The notes beneath the pieces were generated by a model that ran no database searches, was not told where the DNA came from, and saw nothing but the letters and a program-made list of their open reading frames with translations. Positions 15,997-25,084 of a stretch of 45,355 nucleotides of DNA are shown here, in pieces; position 1 is the first letter of the stretch, and each line of letters starts with the position of its first letter. A program made the translations under genes and the position numbers. Source of the DNA: Kiritimatiellia bacterium (GTDB taxonomy: Bacteria > Verrucomicrobiota > Kiritimatiellia > SS1-B-03-39 > UBA6053). Location of the stretch: positions 1,661-47,015 of the forward strand of contig JAPYUI010000009.1 in the NCBI GenBank assembly GCA_029936175.1, written 5' to 3'.

Positions 15997-16493
15997 GTTT
16001 CCTCAAGTTTAACGATATTTTCGTCAGATTCCAGCGCGGCGAGCAGTTGTGACACGCTTTCCGCCTGCTGCGGAAACAGCATGTCACCGCGCACATCGGA
16101 CAGAGGCTGCAGGACAAAGCGACGGCTTGTCCAACGGGGATGGGGTACCGTGAGTCCTCCGGAGTCGATGCACTGGTCCCCGGCGTAAAGGATGTCGATA
16201 TCGATCGTGCGCGGCGCATTTTTGTCCCCGCTGCGCACCCGGCCCATGGCGGTTTCGATCAGGTTGATAAGCTCCAGCCATTCCTTGGCACTGTATTCAC
16301 TTTCGATGATGATAACCGCGTTGACAAACTTCATTCCCAGGTACTCGGGAAGGACGTCTACCGGGTCCGTTTCGTACATGGGCGAAGCCGCACATTCGCG
16401 TGTGCCCTCCACGGCCAGCACGGCTTTCCGGGCGATTCGCAAGTGCTGGATGCGATCCTCCAGGTTGGTGCCGAAGCTGAGTCCAAACTCCAT
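15990..16493 (-). CDS. folK: 2-amino-4-hydroxy-6-hydroxymethyldihydropteridine diphosphokinase
   Basis: MEFGLSFGTNLEDR (the GLGSNLGD-type N-terminus), NAPRTIDIDILY and LTVPHPRWTSRRFVLQPL. I placed the start at ATG 16493, 16 nt after the dapB stop. The longer listed ORF (to 16637) would overlap dapB. Confidence 0.8.
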   Translation of the reverse strand: MEFGLSFGTNLEDRIQHLRIARKAVLAVEGTRECAASPMYETDPVDVLPEYLGMKFVNAVIIIESEYSAKEWLELINLIETAMGRVRSGDKNAPRTIDIDILYAGDQCIDSGGLTVPHPRWTSRRFVLQPLSDVRGDMLFPQQAESVSQLLAALESDENIVKLEETW

Positions 16494-16509
16494 CCCCTCG
16501 CCGTCCGTT

Positions 16510-17331
16510 TTATCCCTGGAGACCGAGTACATCGCGCATGGAATACAGGCCGGGGCCTTGTCCGGCCAGCCATTCCGCGGCGCGCAAGGCGCCAATAGCA
16601 AAGGTGTCTCGACTGGTTGCGCGATGGGTGAGTTCAATCATTTCGCCTTCGGCGGCGAAAAGCACGCTGTGATCGCCAACCACATCGCCACCGCGCAGCG
16701 AGTGAAAGCCGATCTGTTTATCCGGGCGACCGTCATCGGTGATGCCCTTGCGGCCGTGTTGAGCGACTTCGTCCAGATTCCATCCACTGCCGCGGGCAGC
16801 GGCCTCGCCAAGGAACAAGGCGGTACCGCTGGGTGCGTCAAGCTTGTGGTGGTGATGCATTTCCGTGACTTCAATATCGTAGCCCTGGCCCTTGAGTCGA
16901 GCCGCGGTTTCTTCGACCAGGGCGGCGAGCAGATTGACCCCCAGGCTCATGTTCGGCGCGAAGACCACGGGAATTTTCTGCGCAGTGCTGGTCAGGCCTG
17001 CACACTCCTCATCGGTCAGCCCGGTGGTGCCAACCACCACGGCCTTGTTCCACTGGGCAATCAATTCCGCGCGCTCGCGAATACCGCCGTGAAAACTGAA
17101 ATCGATAAAGACCTCCGTTTGATCCGCGAGGGCGGGAAGATCGGAGCTCAACGCAACCCCGATCGGGCTCAGGCCGGAAAGGGTACCGATATCTTCCCCC
17201 TGGCCAGCAACGGAGCTCAGGTCGACGGCTCCCGCGAGCTGGAGACCGGGAACCTTCCCCGTGGCGAGACAGCGGACGAGGGTTTTCCCCATACGCCCCG
17301 CGGCACCGATAATACTGATTCGTAGGTTCAT
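16510..17331 (-). CDS. dapB: 4-hydroxy-tetrahydrodipicolinate reductase
   Basis: RISIIGAAGRMGK (NAD(P)-binding motif), APNMSLGVN and EMHHHHKLDAPSGTA. Confidence 0.9.
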   Translation of the reverse strand: MNLRISIIGAAGRMGKTLVRCLATGKVPGLQLAGAVDLSSVAGQGEDIGTLSGLSPIGVALSSDLPALADQTEVFIDFSFHGGIRERAELIAQWNKAVVVGTTGLTDEECAGLTSTAQKIPVVFAPNMSLGVNLLAALVEETAARLKGQGYDIEVTEMHHHHKLDAPSGTALFLGEAAARGSGWNLDEVAQHGRKGITDDGRPDKQIGFHSLRGGDVVGDHSVLFAAEGEMIELTHRATSRDTFAIGALRAAEWLAGQGPGLYSMRDVLGLQG

Positions 17332-17332
17332 A

Positions 17333-18235
17333 TCAGATTACCTTATGTTGAGCCAGGAGCTCTTCAAGTTTCTGGGTTTTTCCGGTGCTTTCATCGTATC
17401 CATCTGCATCCCCGTCCATGGGTGCCAAGGGAAGACGGAAGGTGCCGCCCATTCTACCCATCAATCTCAAGGCCGTTTTAACCGGGATGGGATTGGTCTC
17501 CATGAACAGGCCGACGAACAGGGAGTGGTATTCAAGGTGGATTTTCTGGGCGTGATCAAAGTCTCCCCCGAGTGCACTGTGCACAATTTCGCAGATGGTT
17601 TCAGGAATGATGTTGGAAGCCACACTGACCACGCCATCTGCGCCCACTGCAATCATGGGAAGGGCCAGTGCGTCGTCACCGGATACCACGCTGATCGATC
17701 CGGGATCGCAGGTGCTGAGGATCTGGCTTACCCGGTCAACACTGCCCCCGGCTTCTTTCACTGAAACAATATTTTCATGCTCAGAAAGTTTCTTGATCAG
17801 GTCGATGGAAATCGCCAGGCCGCTGCGCCCGGGGACATTGTACAGCATGACGGGCAATCCGATATCGGCCACGAGCTCGAAATGCCTGCGCAAGCCGTTA
17901 TCGTTTGGCTTGTTGTAATACGGGGTGACCTGGAGGGTGCCATCGCAACCGAACTCCTTGGCCTTGGCGGTAAGCATGAGTGCTTCGCTGGTCGAGTTGG
18001 CGCCGGTACCCGCGATCACCTTTACGCGTCCGTTGGCCGCTTGCGTGGTCACGTCGATGATGCGCATGTGCTCTTCAAAGTCGACGGTCGGCGACTCACC
18101 CGTGGTGCCGACGGGAACGATGCCGTCAACGCCACCCTGCACCTGGAATTCCACGTGCCGGATGAGGGCATCATAATCCACGGATCCGTCTGTATTAAAC
18201 GGCGTGACGATTGCTGTGTAAACCCCTTCAAACAT
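17333..18235 (-). CDS. dapA: 4-hydroxy-tetrahydrodipicolinate synthase
   Basis: GVYTAIVTPF, GIVPVGTTGESPT, YNKP and YNVPGRSG; 300 aa. Its stop is 1 nt from the dapB start. Confidence 0.9.
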   Translation of the reverse strand: MFEGVYTAIVTPFNTDGSVDYDALIRHVEFQVQGGVDGIVPVGTTGESPTVDFEEHMRIIDVTTQAANGRVKVIAGTGANSTSEALMLTAKAKEFGCDGTLQVTPYYNKPNDNGLRRHFELVADIGLPVMLYNVPGRSGLAISIDLIKKLSEHENIVSVKEAGGSVDRVSQILSTCDPGSISVVSGDDALALPMIAVGADGVVSVASNIIPETICEIVHSALGGDFDHAQKIHLEYHSLFVGLFMETNPIPVKTALRLMGRMGGTFRLPLAPMDGDADGYDESTGKTQKLEELLAQHKVI

Positions 18236-18256
18236 CTAAGTTCCCTCGCATTTCGG

Positions 18257-19444
18257 TCATTCGCTTTTCTTGCTGGCTACACGCAGGCGGAGGGCATTCA
18301 GCTTGATAAAGCCTTCCGCGTCCTTTTGGTTGTAGACATCGTCCGCCTCGAACGTCGCGATATCTTCGTCGTAGAGGGACTGGTCGGACTTACGACCAAC
18401 GACCATGCAGTTCCCTTTATAAAGTTTCAAGCGTGCGGTTCCTGAAACCGTGCTGGCGGCCTGGTCCATGGCCGTCTGCAGCATTTCGCGTTCCGGTGCA
18501 TACCAAAAGCCATTGTACACCAGGCGGGCGTACGCTGGAACCAGGCTGGTGCGGTAGTGAAGGACCTCCCGATCCATCGTCAACTGCTCCACGGCTTCCC
18601 GCCCACGATGCAGGATGGTGCCGCCAGGCGTCTCGTACACGCCACGGCTTTTCATGCCGACGAAACGATTTTCGACGATGTCGATGCGGCCGATGCCATG
18701 CTTTCCACCAAGCTTGTTCAGCACCTGCATTACTTTCAAAGGAGTCATCGAAGCCCCGTTCACTGCAACGGCATCTCCCCGGTCAAAGTCAATGGTGACT
18801 TCCTCCGGTGTATCCGGAGCATCTTCCGGGGAACAGGAAAGCATAAACATATCCTCCGGCGGTGCGGTCCAGGGATCTTCAAGGACGCCGCCTTCAAAGC
18901 TGATGTGCAGGAGGTTACGATCCATGCTGTACGGCTTCTTGGCCGTGACGGGCACGTGGATGTCGTGCTCTTTCGCGTAGTTGATCAGGTCCGTCCGGGA
19001 TTTGAAATCCCAGTCTCGCCAAGGTGCAATGATTTTGATGTCCGGCTGCAGGGCATAGGCTGTGAGTTCAAAACGCACCTGGTCGTTGCCCTTGCCGGTG
19101 GCTCCGTGTGCAATCGCTTCCGCCCCATTTTCGCGGGCGATCTCTACTTGCCGCTTTGCGATGAGCGGCCGGGCAATGGAGGTGCCTAGCAGGTAGCCGG
19201 ATTCGTAGACCGCACCGGAGCGGATAACGGGGAAAACGAAATCCCTGGCGAACTCCTCGCGCAGATCCTCCACGTACATTTTGGACGCACCGGTGGCTTT
19301 AGCCTTTTCTTCAAGGCCGTCGAGCTCCTCTTCCTGGCCGACATCTGCAGCATAAGCGATGATTTCTGCCTGATAGGTCTCTTGCAGCCACTTTAGTATG
19401 ATGGAGGTGTCGAGTCCGCCGGAATACGCTAATACAATTTTCAT
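18257..19444 (-). CDS. argG: Argininosuccinate synthase
   Basis: [14 protein letters not shown] (N-type ATP pyrophosphatase motif), [14 protein letters not shown] and [11 protein letters not shown] chose the ATG at 19444 because AAGGAG lies 6 nt upstream; the listed 19465 start contains that RBS. Confidence 0.9.
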   Translation of the reverse strand: MKIVLAYSGGLDTSIILKWLQETYQAEIIAYAADVGQEEELDGLEEKAKATGASKMYVEDLREEFARDFVFPVIRSGAVYESGYLLGTSIARPLIAKRQVEIARENGAEAIAHGATGKGNDQVRFELTAYALQPDIKIIAPWRDWDFKSRTDLINYAKEHDIHVPVTAKKPYSMDRNLLHISFEGGVLEDPWTAPPEDMFMLSCSPEDAPDTPEEVTIDFDRGDAVAVNGASMTPLKVMQVLNKLGGKHGIGRIDIVENRFVGMKSRGVYETPGGTILHRGREAVEQLTMDREVLHYRTSLVPAYARLVYNGFWYAPEREMLQTAMDQAASTVSGTARLKLYKGNCMVVGRKSDQSLYDEDIATFEADDVYNQKDAEGFIKLNALRLRVASKKSE

Positions 19445-19505
19445 GGGTGCTCCTTTTTCCGTCAAATTTCAATTTTCTGGTTCAACGTCAAGTGTCCATC
19501 GTCGA

Positions 19506-20738
19506 TCAGTGGTATTCCTGCCATTGCCTGATGCCTTGGTCGATAATCTTTACCGCCTTCTTGATCTGGGCCTGCGTCACGATGAGCGGTGGAAGCAGCC
19601 GGATCACGTTCTGTGCCGTGGCAACGGTGATGAGCCCGTTCCGCATGAGAAGGGTTTCCAACTCTTTACAGGGCTGATTCATCACAATACCCACCATAAG
19701 GCCCAGGCCCCGGATTTCCTCGACCGTGGGATGCTTCTTCTGCATCCGCTCCAGCCGCTTCACCAGCATGGTGCCCTGTTTCTTTGCCTGCTCGACGAGA
19801 TTCTTTTTCTCCAGGGTTTCCAGTACCGCCAATGCCGCTGCACACGCGAGCGGATTGCCCCCGAAGGTGCTGCCATGGGTGCCGGGTTGGAGAATGGTGG
19901 ATAGTTCCGGTGTCGCAACGATCGCGCCGATAGGAACGCCGCCGCCCAGTCCCTTGGCCACGGAAATCGCATCCGGAACGATGCCGGCATGCTGGTAAGC
20001 AAACCACTCCCCGGTACGTCCAATCCCGGTTTGGATTTCGTCGCAGAGCAGGAGCAGCCGGTGCTTGCTGCACAGTTCTCGCAGGTTCCGGAGAAAGTCT
20101 GGGTCGACCAGGCGAACCCCGCCCTCGCCCTGGATGGGCTCGATCATGACTGCGACGGTCCGGGGGCCGATGCGCTCCTCGACGGAGGCGAGGTCGTTCA
20201 GTTCAGCATAGGAGAAACCCTCTGGCAGTGGGGCAAACCCCTGGTGCAACTTTTCCTGTCCGGTCGCGCTGAGTGTCGCCAGCGTCCGGCCGTGGAAAGA
20301 GCCACGAAAGGTGATGATCTCGTGCCTTCCCTGGCCGGATCCCCATAGCCGGGCGAGTTTGATCAGCGCTTCGTTGGCCTCCGCACCGGAGTTACAGAAA
20401 AAAGCTTTTCCGCCCAGGGAGCGGAGCGATAGCACGCGCGCCACCTGTGGCATGAGTTCATTGTAATAGAGATTCGAGGTATGGATGATCTTTCCGGCCT
20501 GCTTGCGCAGGGCAGAAAGGATCGAGGGGTGGGCATGGCCGAGGGTGCTTACCGCGATGCCACCTAGAAAATCCATATACTTATGCCCATTGATATCCCA
20601 GACGTGCATTCCTTTGCCGCGCACCAGGGCAAGCGACGGTGTATAGGTGGGCATCAGATACTCCGCGTACAATGCCTGGAGTGTTTCCACGGCTTGCGGA
20701 GTCGTCGGTTCGGGGGTGATATTTTCCTGTTCTTCCAT
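19506..20738 (-). CDS. argD: Acetylornithine aminotransferase (class III PLP aminotransferase)
   Basis: FCNSGAEANE, LLCDEIQTGIGRTG and the PLP-lysine context SVAKGLGGG. It sits between argB and argG. Confidence 0.85.
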   Translation of the reverse strand: MEEQENITPEPTTPQAVETLQALYAEYLMPTYTPSLALVRGKGMHVWDINGHKYMDFLGGIAVSTLGHAHPSILSALRKQAGKIIHTSNLYYNELMPQVARVLSLRSLGGKAFFCNSGAEANEALIKLARLWGSGQGRHEIITFRGSFHGRTLATLSATGQEKLHQGFAPLPEGFSYAELNDLASVEERIGPRTVAVMIEPIQGEGGVRLVDPDFLRNLRELCSKHRLLLLCDEIQTGIGRTGEWFAYQHAGIVPDAISVAKGLGGGVPIGAIVATPELSTILQPGTHGSTFGGNPLACAAALAVLETLEKKNLVEQAKKQGTMLVKRLERMQKKHPTVEEIRGLGLMVGIVMNQPCKELETLLMRNGLITVATAQNVIRLLPPLIVTQAQIKKAVKIIDQGIRQWQEYH

Positions 20739-20747
20739 GTCCTTAAC

Positions 20748-21617
20748 TCAGGCAAGGATTTCTGTGCCGACGCCTTTGTCGGTGAAGAGCTCGAGCAACA
20801 GGGAATGCGGAAGAGATGCGTCGATGATATGGGTTTTTTTGATGCCGGCATGAAGGGCTTTGATCGCCCCGCTGACTTTTGGCATCATACCACCCGCGAT
20901 GACTCCCCGGGCGATCAACTCTTCCACTTCTTTCACGCGCAGACTTGAGATGATGGATTCGGGGTTGTCGATGTCCGCAAGGATACCGGGTACATCGGAG
21001 AGGAAGACCAGCTTTCTCGCGCCGATCTCCCGGGCGACCGCGCCGGCGGCTTCGTCGGCGTTCACATTGTAGGTGCGCCCGTCCGGTCCGCGGCCGAGCG
21101 GGGTAACGATGGGCACCGTGTTCCGATCGAGCAGCTCGTTCAGGGGTTGCACGTTCACCTGGGTGACATGGCCCACGTATTCCCAGTCAATGGGCTGACC
21201 GGCCTCGTCCGTGCCGGTATGTTTTTCGACTTGGATGAGGTCGTTTCCGTGCACCCCCGTCGCGTTACAGGTTTTATTCAATGTGGCAACCAGTGCGGGA
21301 TTTACCTCGTGGTTCAAGACCTGTTCCACCACCTCGATGGTGGCTTCATCAGATACCCGTAAGCCCTGGAGAAACCTGGACGCAAGCCCGCTCTCTTTCA
21401 TGCGCCGGGAGATGGCCTTCCCGCCGCCATGGATGAGAATCGGCCGCATCCCGACGACCTCCATGAAGGCGATGTCGCGGATGATGTGCTCGTAATTCCT
21501 CGGATCTTCGAGGATGCTACCGCCGAACTTGACCACGACGGTCTCGCCGCGGAAGCGTTGAATATACGGAAGGGCCTCAATGAGCGAGGCGGCCTTTTCT
21601 ATGGCTTTTTGTACCAT
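20748..21617 (-). CDS. argB: Acetylglutamate kinase
   Basis: ETVVVKFGGS, ILIHGGG, NVNADEAAGAVA and GGMMPKV. Confidence 0.9.
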   Translation of the reverse strand: MVQKAIEKAASLIEALPYIQRFRGETVVVKFGGSILEDPRNYEHIIRDIAFMEVVGMRPILIHGGGKAISRRMKESGLASRFLQGLRVSDEATIEVVEQVLNHEVNPALVATLNKTCNATGVHGNDLIQVEKHTGTDEAGQPIDWEYVGHVTQVNVQPLNELLDRNTVPIVTPLGRGPDGRTYNVNADEAAGAVAREIGARKLVFLSDVPGILADIDNPESIISSLRVKEVEELIARGVIAGGMMPKVSGAIKALHAGIKKTHIIDASLPHSLLLELFTDKGVGTEILA

Positions 21618-21631
21618 TCACATCCCTTAGC

Positions 21632-22822
21632 TTAGAACATGTTGAGCCGTACGTATTCCTCGGTGCAGTCGGCCGTATATAGCACCGCCTTGCCCGAACC
21701 CAATCCGAGGTCAACGCGAATGCTATACGACGATTCCCGGGTCACTGCCAGCACTTCCTCTCGGGAAGTTCCTGCATTGAGGCCGCCTTGGGCGATGGGT
21801 AAGTCGTCGATAAAAATATTAATTTTTGCCTCATCGATTTCGGGCCCGGCATAGCCGAGGACGTCCATGATCCTGCTCCAGACCGGGTAGTCGCCCGCCC
21901 ATGCGGTTTTGACGAGCAGGGAGTTGGCGATGGCCCGCGCGGAGAGATCCGCATCATTGTCGTTACAGGCACCTTCGACATGCAGGGTAATGATCTTCGA
22001 AGTGCCCTCGCCATCTGCGACAATCCGCAGGGCCAGGTGCAGGGTAAGGGCCTTGAGTGCCTCCAGAAATACGGGCCAGTCAGGGTGTGCAGGATTCAAC
22101 GCGGCATTGCCCGCCCGACCGTTTGCCAGGACCATTACCGAGTCGTTGGTGCTCATGTCGCCATCGATACTGATTCGGTTAAAGCTGCTTCCCGTGGCGG
22201 TATTCAAAGCGGCCTGCAAGGCCGGGGATTCGACCGCAGCATCCGTCATCAAGAAGCAGAGCATGGTAGCCATGTTGGGTTCAATCATGCCGGCCCCCTT
22301 GGCCATGGCACTCAGCCTGACGGATTGTCCGTCGATCAACACCGTCGTGGTGGCGGTTTTCTCGAAGGTGTCAGAGGTCAGGATGCCGACCGGGGCATGT
22401 AGGTCATTCGGGCTTAACTGTGCGGCAAGCATCTCGATGCCGCTGGCAATGGTCGTCATGGGCAGTGGCACGCCAATACTCCCGGTGGAGAAGACGTATA
22501 TATCTGCTTCATCCAGTCCGGTGGCCTGCGCGGTCAAGGTCGCCATGCGCCGGGCATCCAGCAAACCGGGTTCACCGGTGCAGGCGTTGGCGTTCCCGCT
22601 GTTGGCGATGATGGCCCGCCCGACCCCCGAGCTGATACGTTCCATGTCCAATTTGACCGGTGCCGCCTTTACCTGGTTGCGGGTAAATACGCCGGCTGCC
22701 GCAGCCGGCGAGTCCGACACGACCAGGGTCATGTCGCGCCGGGTGGCATCGCTTTTAATGCCCGCATGAACGCCCGCAGACCTGAAGCCTGGCGGCAGGA
22801 TATACCTTTGCTCAATTTTCAT
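21632..22822 (-). CDS. argJ: Bifunctional ornithine acetyltransferase / N-acetylglutamate synthase
   Basis: GFRSAGVHAGIK, GNANACTG and the autoprocessing site context EPNMATMLCFLMTDA. GAGGAA lies 5 nt upstream of the ATG. Confidence 0.9.
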   Translation of the reverse strand: MKIEQRYILPPGFRSAGVHAGIKSDATRRDMTLVVSDSPAAAAGVFTRNQVKAAPVKLDMERISSGVGRAIIANSGNANACTGEPGLLDARRMATLTAQATGLDEADIYVFSTGSIGVPLPMTTIASGIEMLAAQLSPNDLHAPVGILTSDTFEKTATTTVLIDGQSVRLSAMAKGAGMIEPNMATMLCFLMTDAAVESPALQAALNTATGSSFNRISIDGDMSTNDSVMVLANGRAGNAALNPAHPDWPVFLEALKALTLHLALRIVADGEGTSKIITLHVEGACNDNDADLSARAIANSLLVKTAWAGDYPVWSRIMDVLGYAGPEIDEAKINIFIDDLPIAQGGLNAGTSREEVLAVTRESSYSIRVDLGLGSGKAVLYTADCTEEYVRLNMF

Positions 22823-22848
22823 CTCAATTCCTCATACAACGATGGCTG

Positions 22849-22884
22849 AAAAACAAGAAGCCCCGGACGGGTGACATCCGGGGC
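22849..22884 (-). terminator. Rho-independent terminator downstream of rpsI
   Basis: The minus strand reads GCCCCGGA-tgtcacccg-TCCGGGGC, an 8-bp GC-rich stem at 22860-22884. It is followed by TTCTTGTTTTT (22859-22849). Confidence 0.6.
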
Positions 22885-22910
22885 TCGCAAGTTGGCACGA
22901 TAGGCCGTGC

Positions 22911-23306
22911 TTAGCGCTTCGAAAACTGAAAGCGTTTGCGTGCACCCGGTTGCCCGGTTTTCTTTCGTTCCTTCATACGCGGGTCACGCGTGAGGCAGCC
23001 ATTGGCCTTCAACACATCCTTGAGTGATTCATCGGCGGAGAGAAGCGCGCGGGCAATACCGTGACGGAGTGCACCCGCCTGGCCGACTTTGCCGCCGCCA
23101 TGTACCTTGGCGAGCACATCGTAGTGTCCAAGCGTCTCGGATACTTTCAGTGGAAACTCTGCGTAGGCCCGCAGGTTCTCTCCCGGGAAGTAGCGTGAAA
23201 ACTCCTTGCCGTTGACGAAGACTTTTCCGACACCCTTGGCGATACGTACGCGGGCAACCGATGTCTTTCTCCGTCCCGTAGCATTTGATGTTGTGATGTT
23301 TGCCAT
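22911..23306 (-). CDS. rpsI: 30S ribosomal protein S9
   Basis: 131 aa with [29 protein letters not shown] and a C-terminal ...[11 protein letters not shown]. Confidence 0.95.
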   Translation of the reverse strand: MANITTSNATGRRKTSVARVRIAKGVGKVFVNGKEFSRYFPGENLRAYAEFPLKVSETLGHYDVLAKVHGGGKVGQAGALRHGIARALLSADESLKDVLKANGCLTRDPRMKERKKTGQPGARKRFQFSKR

Positions 23307-23333
23307 GATAATTCCCTGGGGCGATAAGCCGAA

Positions 23334-23762
23334 TTAAATATCCAATGGTTGTGGCTGCTGAGCTGCGTGCGGATGTTCGCTGCCGGCATAGACCTTCAAG
23401 CGGCCAAGGATCTTCCGACCCATCCGGTTGCGAGGAAGCATGCCTTTCACCGCGGAGGTGATCAGACGTTCCGGATGCCGCTCCCGAATCACTTTAACCG
23501 GCGTGTGTGAACCCCCGCCCGGATAACCGGTGTGCCTGAAGTACACTTTCTTTTCTTCCTTCGAACCGGAGAACGCAACCTTCTCTGCATTGATCACGAG
23601 CACGAAGTCTCCCAAGTCCAGATGCGGTGTAAAGGTACGCTTGTTTTTGCCACGCAGAACCTTGGCAATTTCAGCTGCCATGCGTCCTGCAGGTTTGCCT
23701 GTTGCATCAACGATGAACCACTTGCGTTCACTTTCGTCCACTTTAGGTAAAGTCGTTTTCAT
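23334..23762 (-). CDS. rplM: 50S ribosomal protein L13
   Basis: 142 aa with RKWFIVDATGKPAGRMAAEIAKVLRGKNK.TFTPH.D.GD.V.VINAEK and YFRHTGYPGG. Confidence 0.95.
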   Translation of the reverse strand: MKTTLPKVDESERKWFIVDATGKPAGRMAAEIAKVLRGKNKRTFTPHLDLGDFVLVINAEKVAFSGSKEEKKVYFRHTGYPGGGSHTPVKVIRERHPERLITSAVKGMLPRNRMGRKILGRLKVYAGSEHPHAAQQPQPLDI

Positions 23763-23797
23763 TAAAAATTCCTGTCGACCCTTGAAAAAGGAGGCGG

Positions 23798-23827
23798 AAG
23801 ATAGCTCCGAATTGCGTCTCCTGTCAA
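23798..23827 (-). promoter_or_regulatory. Sigma-70-like promoter candidate for rplM-rpsI
   Basis: The minus strand carries TTGACA (23827-23822), an 18-nt spacer and TATCTT (23803-23798). This would give a ~28-nt leader with AGGAA 7 nt before the rplM ATG. Confidence 0.4.
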
Positions 23828-23862
23828 CCTTTGATCATGCAAAAACATGTGGAATCGCTGTA

Positions 23863-24066
23863 TTACTTCCGGCGAAGTTTAATGGCGACGTAGAGACCGT
23901 AGGTCACAAAGAGCAGGAGAAAGCAGACGAGCACTCCTCCCGCCCCCCAGTCCTGGGCCTGCTCATGCCAGGATACCCGCCCGCTGCGCCCCAGTAGAAG
24001 ACCGACAACCCCGGAAATACCAAAGAAATAGGCTAAACGGCGGACCACAAAATAGGCTTTGATCAT
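23863..24066 (-). CDS. Small hypothetical membrane protein (two predicted TM helices)
   Basis: MIKAYFVVRRLAYFFGISGVVGLLLG ... GGVLVCFLLLFVTYGLYVAIKLRRK gives two hydrophobic helices and a basic tail. The start is uncertain (ATG at 24066 or 24135, or the listed 24207). I recognised no family. Confidence 0.3.
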   Translation of the reverse strand: MIKAYFVVRRLAYFFGISGVVGLLLGRSGRVSWHEQAQDWGAGGVLVCFLLLFVTYGLYVAIKLRRK

Positions 24067-24259
24067 CGTTCGGAACTCATCATGTAATTTTGTAAAATAA
24101 ATCTGGTAGTTCGGGTAGTTTTTTTTACTATGCATCCGGTCCCTGAAGCGAAAAACCTCCAACCTCGTAGAACAAACGCCTACGAAGGGAGATTGCGGAA
24201 TTTGCAATCGGTGCGCAGAGGTCTTTTCGCCTTCTTAAAAATGACAAAATAATAGTCTT

Positions 24260-24292
24260 CATCAGGTCGTTTTATATAAAACGGGCCTGATG
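24260..24292. promoter_or_regulatory. Compound palindrome/hairpin immediately upstream of the zinc-ribbon gene RBS
   Basis: CATCAGG (24260-66) pairs with CCTGATG (24286-92). The inner perfect 16-nt palindrome CGTTTTAT/ATAAAACG spans 24268-83. GGAG at 24297-24300 and the ATG at 24310 follow. Confidence 0.35.
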
Positions 24293-24309
24293 GTGTGGAG
24301 TGATGATAA

Positions 24310-24867
24310 ATGACGGATATACGTTTTAATTGTCCTACCTGTGCATGTAAGTTGAAGATTCAAAGTGACTTACAAGGCCAACGTGTTGAATGCCCTTCCT
24401 GTATGACCTCCTTGGTCGTGCCCACGGGAGAGGAACCCGACATCCGGGTTCGAAATATTGAACTCGAAAAGAAATTGGAGACGCAAGGACTTGAGATTCA
24501 ACGACTTGAGAGAGAACTTAGTCGCCTGATTACCGAGTTATACAAGCAACGGTCTCAGCCCAAGTCCAGGATCCAGCCAAACGGCAAGGGTCGTCAAAAT
24601 GAAACCCTGCAGCGTCGCGTGGATTCCCTGAGCGAGGAGGTTGTGGAAAAAAACAAGGCTCTTCGGGATGCCATGGCCCATATTCAGCAGTTTGAAGCGA
24701 AAATTCGCGAATTATCAGGCATCCAAGAAGAGATCAAGTTGTCTGCCATGGCTCCGGAGGGCCTTGTCTCGGGATCCTCTCCTAAAATTGTTAAGCAATT
24801 TGAACAAAATAGCCAGGGGGTGAACATATCTGAACTCCTGGAATTGCCGGCCCCGCATAAACCCTGA
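24310..24867 (+). CDS. Zinc-ribbon plus coiled-coil protein
   Basis: The N-terminus FNCPTCACKLKIQSDLQGQRVECPSCMTSLVVP has a CxxC-x16-CxxC arrangement. Two heptad-like E/K/L/R-rich segments follow (IELEKKLETQGLEIQRLERELSRLITELYK and LQRRVDSLSEEVVEKNKALRDAMAHIQQFEAKIRELS). Confidence 0.7.
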   Translation: MTDIRFNCPTCACKLKIQSDLQGQRVECPSCMTSLVVPTGEEPDIRVRNIELEKKLETQGLEIQRLERELSRLITELYKQRSQPKSRIQPNGKGRQNETLQRRVDSLSEEVVEKNKALRDAMAHIQQFEAKIRELSGIQEEIKLSAMAPEGLVSGSSPKIVKQFEQNSQGVNISELLELPAPHKP

Positions 24868-25084
24868 ACATCCTTTTAAGGGGTCTCAACCCAGGCTGGG
24901 GACGAATATGGCCATGTCGGACCGGGTCCTTAACCCTGAAGGTGCCTGTGCATGGAAATCCCGCCCGCTACCTTCTGCCGTAAATTGCTTATGGCATGCT
25001 AATTGCTAATTATATTCCCCTGCTCAAGGACCGGATACCTGAGCAGGTGGAACGCAAGGAACGTGTTCAAGCGATGGTGAATAC

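Noticed and set aside
15990-16637. Extended N-termini offered by the ORF track for folK (to 16637), argG (to 19465), gcvT (to 38108), the UVR-motif protein (from 37965), the DUF1573 paralog (to 34369), the HExxH protein (from 40573) and the small gene (to 28056).
   Set aside because: The extensions fail for one or more reasons. Some overlap the neighbouring gene. Some begin at TTG. Some contain the real RBS (argG: AAGGAG). Some add residues upstream of a signal peptide or conserved N-terminus. I preferred the shorter starts.
16192-17325. Long antisense ORFs opposite well-identified genes: 16192..17325 (377 aa, opposite folK/dapB), 21909..22769 (argJ), 32546..33298 (DUF1573), 35168..35998 (kinase), 38115..38882 (UVR-motif protein), 40684..41370 (HExxH), 41539..42153 (SPFH), 44175..44771 (RmlD-like) and 13244..13753 (propeller).
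   Set aside because: In each case the opposite strand encodes a protein with clear family motifs. The antisense translations are R/G/A/P/L-rich with no motifs. This is the usual stop-codon-poor shadow frame of GC-rich coding DNA.
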